Shown here: positions 55,401 through 64,000 of the stretch, piece by piece
Numbering within the stretch: the stretch's first letter is position 1
How the letters are laid out: each line of letters starts with the position of its first letter
DNA from: Eledone cirrhosa
Lineage: Eukaryota
NCBI GenBank assembly: GCA_964016885.1
Contig: OZ024748.1
Span: 39,432,001-39,496,000 of the forward strand
Length of the DNA: 64,000 bases
Reading direction: 5' to 3'
Translations under genes and position numbers: made by a program
The notes under the pieces: generated by a model
Seen by the model: the letters and a program-made list of their open reading frames with translations, nothing else
Databases searched by the model: none
What the model was told of the DNA's origin: nothing

Positions 55401-58400
55401 GTCATTAACCCTTTCATTACCATATTTCTAATGAAAGACTCTGTCTATGTCATTAACCCTTTCATTACAATATTTCTAATGAAAGTCACTGTCTATGTCA
55501 TTAACCCTTTCATTACCATATTTCTAATGAAAGTCACTGTCTATGTCATTAACCCTTTCATTACAATATTTCTAATGAAAGTCACTGTCTATGTCATTAA
55601 CCCTTTCATTACCATATTTCTAATGAAAGTCACTGTCTATGTCATTAGCCCTTTCTTTACGATATTTCTAATGAAAGTCACTGTCTATGTCATTAACCCT
55701 TTCATTACCATATTTCTAATGAAAGTCACTGTCTATGTCATTAACCCTTTCATTACCATATTTCTAATGAAAGTCACTGTCTATGTCATTAACCCTTTCA
55801 TTACCATATTTCTAATGAAAGTCACTGTCTATTTCATTAACCCTTTCATTACCATATTTCTAATGAAAGACACTGTCTATGTCATTAACCCTTTCATTAC
55901 CATATTTCTAATGAAAGACACAGTCTATGTCATTAATCCTTTCATTACCATATTTCTAATGAAAGACACTGTCTATGTCATTAACCCTTTCATTACCATA
56001 TTTCTAATGAAAGACACTGTCTATTTCATTAACCCTTTCATTACCATATTTCTAATGAAAGACACTGTCTATGTCATTAACCCTTTCATTACCATATTTC
56101 TAATGAAAGTCACTGTCTATGTCATTAACCCTTTCATTACCATATTTCTAATGAAAGACACTGTCTATGTCATTAACCCTTTCATTACCATATTTCTAAT
56201 GAAAGTCACTGTCTATGTCATTAACCCTTTCATTACCATATTTCTAATGAAAGTCACTGTCTATGTCATTAACCCTTTCATTACCATATTTCTAATGAAG
56301 GTCACTGTTTATGTCATTAACCCTGTCATTACCATATTTCTAATGAAAGTCACTGTCTATGTCATTAACCCTTTCATTACCATATTTCTAATGAAAGACA
56401 CTGTCTATGTCATTAACCCTTTCATTACCATATTTCTAATGAAAGTCACTGTCTATGTCATTAACCCTTTCATTACCATATTTCTAATGAAAGTCACTGT
56501 CTATGTCATTAACCCTTTCATTACCATATTTCTAATGAAAGTCACTGTTTATGTCATTAACCCTGTCATTACCATATTTCTAATGAAAGTCACTGTCTAT
56601 GTCATTAACCTTTTCATTACCATATTTCTAATGAAAGACACTGTCTATGTCATTAACCCTTTCATTACCATATTTCTAATGAAAGTCACTGTCTATGTCA
56701 TTAACCCTTTCATTACCATATTTCTAATGAAAGTCACTGTTTATGTCATTAACCCTGTCATTACCATATTTCTAATGAAAGTCACTGTCTATGTCATTAA
56801 CCCTTTCATTACCATATTTCTAATGAAAGACACTGTCTATGTCATTAACACTTTCATTACCATATTTCTAATGAAAGTCACTGTCTATGTCATTAACCCT
56901 TTCATTACCATATTTCTAATGAAAGTCACTGTCTATGTCATTAACCCTTTCATTACCATATTTCTAATGAAAGTCACTGTTTATGTCATTAACCCTTTCA
57001 TTACCATATTTCTAATAAAAGACACTGTCTATGTCATTAACCCTTTCATTACCATATTTCTGAGACTGTCTATTTCATTAACCCTTTCATTACCATATTT
57101 TAATGAAAGTCACTGTCTATGTCATTAATCCTTTCATTACCATATTTCTAATGAAAGGCACTGTCTATGTCATTAACCCTTTCATTACGATATTTCTAAT
57201 GAAAGTCACTGTCTATGTCATTAACCCTTTCATTACCATATTTCTAATGAAAGACACTGTCTATGTCATTAACCCTTTCATTACCATATTTCTGAGACTG
57301 TCTATTTCATTAACCCTTTCATTACCATATTTCTAATGAAAGACACTGTCTATGTCATTAACCCTTTCATTACAATATTTCTAATGAAAGTCACTGTCTA
57401 TGTCATTAACCCGTTCATTACCATATTTCTAATGAAAGTCACTGTCTATGTCATTAACCCTTTCATTACCATATTTCTAATGAAAGTCACTGTCTATGTC
57501 ATTAACCCTTTCATTACCATATTTCTAATGAAAGTCACTGTCTATGTCATTAACCCTTTCATTACCATATTTCTAATGAAAGTCACTCTCTACTTCATTA
57601 ACCCTTTCATTGCCATATTTCTAATGAAAGACACAGTCTATGTCATTAATCCTTTCATTACCATATTTCTAATGAAAGTCACTGTCTATGTCATTAACCC
57701 TTTCATTACCATATTTCTAATGAAAGACACTGTCTATGTGATTAACCCTGTCATTACCATATTTCTAATGAAAGTCACTGTTTATGTCATTAACCCTGTC
57801 ATTACCATATTTCTAATGAAAGTCACTGTCTATGTCATTAACCCTTTCATTACCATATTTCTAATGAAAGACACTGTCTATGTCATTAACCCTTTCATTA
57901 CCATATTTCTAATGAAAGTCACTGTCTATGTCATTAACCCTTTCATTACCATATTTCTAATGAAAGTCACTGTCTATGTCATTAACCCTTTCATTACCAT
58001 ATTTCTAATGAAAATCACTATTTATGTCATTAACCCTGTCATTACCATATTTCTAATGAAAGTCACTGTCTATGTCATTAACCCTTTCATTACCATATAT
58101 CTAATGAAAGACACTGTCTATGTCATTAACCCTTTCATTACCATATTTCTAATGAAAGACACTGTCTATGTGATTAACCCTGTCATTACCATATTTCTAA
58201 TGAAAGTCACTGTCTATGTCATTAACCCTTTCATTACCATATTTCTAATGAAAGTCACTGTCTATGTCATTAACCCTTTCATTACCATATTTCTAATGAA
58301 AGTCACTGTCTATGTCATTAACCCTTTCATTACCATATTTCTAATGAAAGACACTGTCTATGTCATTAACCCTTTCATTACCATATTTCTAATGAAAGTC

Positions 58401-61400
58401 ACTGTCTATGTCATTAACCCTTTCATTACCATATTTCTAATGAAAGTCACTGTCTATGTCATTAACCCTTTCATTACCATATTTCTAATGAAAGTCACTG
58501 TCTATGTCATTAACCCTTTCATTACCATATTTCTAATGAAAGACTCTGTCTATGTCATTAACCCTTTCATTACAATATTTCTAATGAAAGTCACTGTCTA
58601 TGTCATTAACCCTTTCATTACCATATTTCTAATGAAAGTCACTGTCTATGTCATTAACCCTTTCATTACAATATTTCTAATGAAAGTCACTGTCTATGTC
58701 ATTAACCCTTTCATTACCATATTTCTAATGAAAGTCACTGTCTATGTCATTAGCCCTTTCTTTACGATATTTCTAATGAAAGTCACTGTCTATGTCATTA
58801 ACCCTTTCATTACCATATTTCTAATGAAAGTCACTGTCTATGTCATTAACCCTTTCATTACCATATTTCTAATGAAAGTCACTGTCTATGTCATTAACCC
58901 TTTCATTACCATATTTCTAATGAAAGTCACTGTCTATTTCATTAACCCTTTCATTACCATATTTCTAATGAAAGACACTGTCTATGTCATTAACCCTTTC
59001 ATTACCATATTTCTAATGAAAGACACAGTCTATGTCATTAATCCTTTCATTACCATATTTCTAATGAAAGACACTGTCTATGTCATTAACCCTTTCATTA
59101 CCATATTTCTAATGAAAGACACTGTCTATTTCATTAACCCTTTCATTACCATATTTCTAATGAAAGACACTGTCTATGTCATTAACCCTTTCATTACCAT
59201 ATTTCTAATGAAAGTCACTGTCTATGTCATTAACCCTTTCATTACCATATTTCTAATGAAAGACACTGTCTATGTCATTAACCCTTTCATTACCATATTT
59301 CTAATGAAAGTCACTGTCTATGTCATTAACCCTTTCATTACCATATTTCTAATGAAAGTCACTGTCTATGTCATTAACCCTTTCATTACCATATTTCTAA
59401 TGAAGGTCACTGTTTATGTCATTAACCCTGTCATTACCATATTTCTAATGAAAGTCACTGTCTATGTCATTAACCCTTTCATTACCATATTTCTAATGAA
59501 AGACACTGTCTATGTCATTAACCCTTTCATTACCATATTTCTAATGAAAGTCACTGTCTATGTCATTAACCCTTTCATTACCATATTTCTAATGAAAGTC
59601 ACTGTCTATGTCATTAACCCTTTCATTACCATATTTCTAATGAAAGTCACTGTTTATGTCATTAACCCTGTCATTACCATATTTCTAATGAAAGTCACTG
59701 TCTATGTCATTAACCTTTTCATTACCATATTTCTAATGAAAGACACTGTCTATGTCATTAACCCTTTCATTACCATATTTCTAATGAAAGTCACTGTCTA
59801 TGTCATTAACCCTTTCATTACCATATTTCTAATGAAAGTCACTGTTTATGTCATTAACCCTGTCATTACCATATTTCTAATGAAAGTCACTGTCTATGTC
59901 ATTAACCCTTTCATTACCATATTTCTAATGAAAGACACTGTCTATGTCATTAACACTTTCATTACCATATTTCTAATGAAAGTCACTGTCTATGTCATTA
60001 ACCCTTTCATTACCATATTTCTAATGAAAGTCACTGTCTATGTCATTAACCCTTTCATTACCATATTTCTAATGAAAGTCACTGTTTATGTCATTAACCC
60101 TTTCATTACCATATTTCTAATAAAAGACACTGTCTATGTCATTAACCCTTTCATTACCATATTTCTGAGACTGTCTATTTCATTAACCCTTTCATTACCA
60201 TATTTTAATGAAAGTCACTGTCTATGTCATTAATCCTTTCATTACCATATTTCTAATGAAAGGCACTGTCTATGTCATTAACCCTTTCATTACGATATTT
60301 CTAATGAAAGTCACTGTCTATGTCATTAACCCTTTCATTACCATATTTCTAATGAAAGACACTGTCTATGTCATTAACCCTTTCATTACCATATTTCTGA
60401 GACTGTCTATTTCATTAACCCTTTCATTACCATATTTCTAATGAAAGACACTGTCTATGTCATTAACCCTTTCATTACAATATTTCTAATGAAAGTCACT
60501 GTCTATGTCATTAACCCGTTCATTACCATATTTCTAATGAAAGTCACTGTCTATGTCATTAACCCTTTCATTACCATATTTCTAATGAAAGTCACTGTCT
60601 ATGTCATTAACCCTTTCATTACCATATTTCTAATGAAAGTCACTGTCTATGTCATTAACCCTTTCATTACCATATTTCTAATGAAAGTCACTGTCTATGT
60701 CATTAACCCTTTCATTACCATATTTCTAATGAAAGTCACTGTCTATGTCATTAACCCTTTCATTACCATATTTCTAATGAAGGTCACTGTTTATGTCATT
60801 AACCCTGTCATTACCATATTTCTAATGAAAGTCACTGTCTATGTCATTAACCTTTTCATTACCATATTTCTAATGAAAGACACTGTCTATGTCATTAACC
60901 CTTTCATTACCATATTTCTAATGAAAGTCACTGTCTATGTCATTAACCCTTTCATTACCATATTTCTAATGAAAGTCACTGTTTATGTCATTAACCCTGT
61001 CATTACCATATTTCTAATGAAAGTCACTGTCTATGTCATTAACCCTTTCATTACCATATTTCTAATGAAAGACACTGTCTATGTCATTAACACTTTCATT
61101 ACCATATTTCTAATGAAAGTCACTGTCTATGTCATTAACCCTTTCATTACCATATTTCTAATGAAAGTCACTGTCTATGTCATTAACCCTTTCATTACCA
61201 TATTTCTAATGAAAGTCACTGTTTATGTCATTAACCCTGTCATTACCATATTTCTAATGAAAGTCACTGTCTATGTCATTAACCCTTTCATTACCATATT
61301 TCTAATGAAAGACACTGTCTATGTCATTAACCCTTTCATTACCACATTTCTAATGAAAGTCACTGTCTATGTCATTAACCCTTTCATTACCATATTTCTA

Positions 61401-64000
61401 ATGAAAGTCACTGTCTATGTCATTAACCCTTTCATTACCATATTTCTAATGAAAGTCACTGTCTATGTCATTAACCCTTTCATTACCATATTTCTAATGA
61501 AAGTCACTGTTTATGTCATTAACCCTGTCATTACCATATTTCTAATGAAAGTCACTGTCTATGTCATTAACCCTTTCATTACCATATTTCTAATGAAAGA
61601 CACTGTCTACGTCATTAACCCTTTCATTACCATATTTCTAATGAAAGTCACTGTCTATGTCATTAACCCTTTCATTACCATATTTCTAATGAAAGTCACT
61701 GTCTATGTCATTAACCCTTTCATTACCATATTTCTAATGAAAGACACTGTCTATGTCATTAACCCTTTCATTACCTTATTTCTAATGAAAGTCACTGTCT
61801 ATGTCATTAACCCTTTCATTACCATATTTCTAATGAAAGACACTGTCTATGTCATTAACCCTTTCATTACCATATTTCTGAGACTGTCTATTTCATTAAC
61901 CCTTTCATTACCATATTTTAATGAAAGTCACTGTCTATGTCATTAATCCTTTCATTACCATATTTCTAATGAAAGGCACTGTCTATGTCATTAACCCTTT
62001 CATTACCATATTTCTAATGAAAGTCACTGTCTATGTCATTAACCCTTTCATTACCATATTTCTGATGAAAGACACTGTCTATGTCATTAACCCTTTCATT
62101 ACCATATTTCTGAGACTGTCTATTTCATTAACCCTTTCATTACCATATTTCTAATGAAAGACACTGTCTATGTCATTAACCCTTTCATTACCATATTTCT
62201 GAGACTGTCTATTTCATTAACCCTTTCATTACCATATTTTAATGAAAGTCACTGTCTATGTCATTAACCCTTTCATTACCATATTTCTAATGAAAGTCAC
62301 TGTCTATGTCATTAACCCTTTCATTACCATATTTCTAATGAAAGTCACTGTCTATGTCATTAACCCTTTCATTACCATATTTCTAATGAAAGACACTGTC
62401 TATGTCATTAACCCTTTCATTACCATATTTCTAATGAAAGTCACTGTCTATGTCATTAACCCTTTCATTACCATATTTCTAATGAAAGTCACTGTCTATG
62501 TCATTAACCCTTTCATTACCATATTTCTAATGAAAGACTCTGTCTATGTCATTAACCCTTTCATTACAATATTTCTAATGAAAGTCACTGTCTATGTCAT
62601 TAACCCTTTCATTACCATATTTCTAATGAAAGTCACTGTCTATGTCATTAACCCTTTCATTACAATATTTCTAATGAAAGTCACTGTCTATGTCATTAAC
62701 CCTTTCATTACCATATTTCTAATGAAAGTCACTGTCTATGTCATTAGCCCTTTCATTACCATATTTCTAATGAAAGTCACTGTCTATGTCATTAACCCTT
62801 TCATTACCATATTTCTAATGAAAGTCACTGTCTATGTCATTAACCCTTTCATTACCATATTTCTAATGAAAGTCACTGTCTATGTCATTAACCCTTTCAT
62901 TACCATATTTCTAATGAAAGTCACTGTCTATTTCATTAACCCTTTCATTACCATATTTCTAATGAAAGACACTGTCTATGTCATTAACCCTTTCATTACC
63001 ATATTTCTAATGAAAGACACAGTCTATGTCATTAATCCTTTCATTACCATATTTCTAATGAAAGACACTGTCTATGTCATTAACCCTTTCATTACCATAT
63101 TTCTAATGAAAGACACTGTCTATTTCATTAACCCTTTCATTACCATATTTCTAATGAAAGACACTGTCTATGTCATTAACCCTTTCATTACCATATTTCT
63201 AATGAAAGTCACTGTCTATGTCATTAACCCTTTCATTACCATATTTCTAATGAAAGACACTGTCTATGTCATTAACCCTTTCATTACCATATTTCTAATG
63301 AAAGTCACTGTCTATGTCATTAACCCTTTCATTACCATATTTCTAATGAAAGTCACTGTCTATGTCATTAACCCTTTCATTACCATATTTCTAATGAAGG
63401 TCACTGTTTATGTCATTAACCCTGTCATTACCATATTTCTAATGAAAGTCACTGTCTATGTCATTAACCCTTTCATTACCATATTTCTAATGAAAGACAC
63501 TGTCTATGTCATTAACCCTTTCATTACCATATTTCTAATGAAAGTCACTGTCTATGTCATTAACCCTTTCATTACCATATTTCTAATGAAAGTCACTGTC
63601 TATGTCATTAACCCTTTCATTACCATATTTCTAATGAAAGTCACTGTTTATGTCATTAACCCTGTCATTACCATATTTCTAATGAAAGTCACTGTCTATG
63701 TCATTAACCTTTTCATTACCATATTTCTAATGAAAGACACTGTCTATGTCATTAACCCTTTCATTACCATATTTCTAATGAAAGTCACTGTCTATGTCAT
63801 TAACCCTTTCATTACCATATTTCTAATGAAAGTCACTGTTTATGTCATTAACCCTGTCATTACCATATTTCTAATGAAAGTCACTGTCTATGTCATTAAC
63901 CCTTTCATTACCATATTTCTAATGAAAGACACTGTCTATGTCATTAACACTTTCATTACCATATTTCTAATGAAAGTCACTGTCTATGTCATTAACCCTT
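52487..64000. repeat. Right domain: second HOR family (1,424-bp spacing, then a 3,105-bp 65-monomer unit and partial copies)
   Basis: It carries a distinct marker set: ATTAGCCC (55648, 58753, 62747), GAAGGTCAC, AACCTTTTC, AACACTTTC, GACTCTGTC and 40-bp monomers ending TATTTTAATG (about 57100, 60205, 61918, 62238). Core markers such as CTAAGGAAAG and CCGAGACT are absent. Confidence 0.85.

Larger units (their letters stand above)
1..64000. repeat. 48-bp satellite DNA tandem array (about 1,340 monomers, head-to-tail, single orientation)
   Basis: The consensus ATGAAAG(T/A)CACTGTCTATGTCATTAACCCTTTCATTACCATATTTCTA recurs every 48 bp from the first base to the last. Most monomers differ from it by 0-3 substitutions. 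I saw no unique or inverted segment. Confidence 0.99.

Noticed and set aside
38-62154. ORFs of 77-2,013 aa as real protein-coding genes
   Set aside because: They are translations of the 48-bp repeat with no unique N- or C-terminal domain. The commonest variants are radical non-synonymous changes (V/D), and frameshifting 7-bp deletions have been amplified. Only 3 of the 144 possible substitutions in the consensus create an in-frame stop, so the lack of nonsense changes is expected by chance.
1-64000. CRISPR array (the palindromic 27-mer CTTTCATTA..TAATGAAAG resembles repeats ending ATTGAAAG)
   Set aside because: The 21 bp between palindromes are near-identical rather than unique spacers, variants also fall inside the palindrome, and there is no leader or cas gene.
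1-64000. Rolling-circle or sequencing concatemer artefact, or a synthetic construct
   Set aside because: Variants form linked haplotypes inherited through nested duplications of many sizes, which is unlike random error on a single circle. Local mis-assembly is still possible.

Overview
The whole 64 kb is one head-to-tail tandem array (satellite DNA) of a 48-bp AT-rich monomer, consensus ATGAAAG(T/A)CACTGTCTATGTCATTAACCCTTTCATTACCATATTTCTA (about 31% GC, roughly 1,340 copies, all in one orientation, both ends beyond the window). I see no unique sequence, genuine gene, RNA gene, transposase or CRISPR spacer. The long ORFs are best explained as artefacts: 48 is a multiple of 3 and one of the six frames lacks a stop. 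The informative structure lies within the array. Each monomer has a perfect 9-bp inverted repeat next to a TTAA|CCCT motif. Recurrent 41-bp deletion monomers mark variable-length higher-order repeats (HORs, modal 59-mer = 2,818 bp). There are nested recent tandem duplications of 240, 1,424, 1,536, 3,105 and 5,362 bp. A homogeneous HOR core (about 8-52 kb) lies between flanks that share rare monomers. The source is most likely eukaryotic heterochromatin (inference), and I cannot assign the organism or a function from the sequence.
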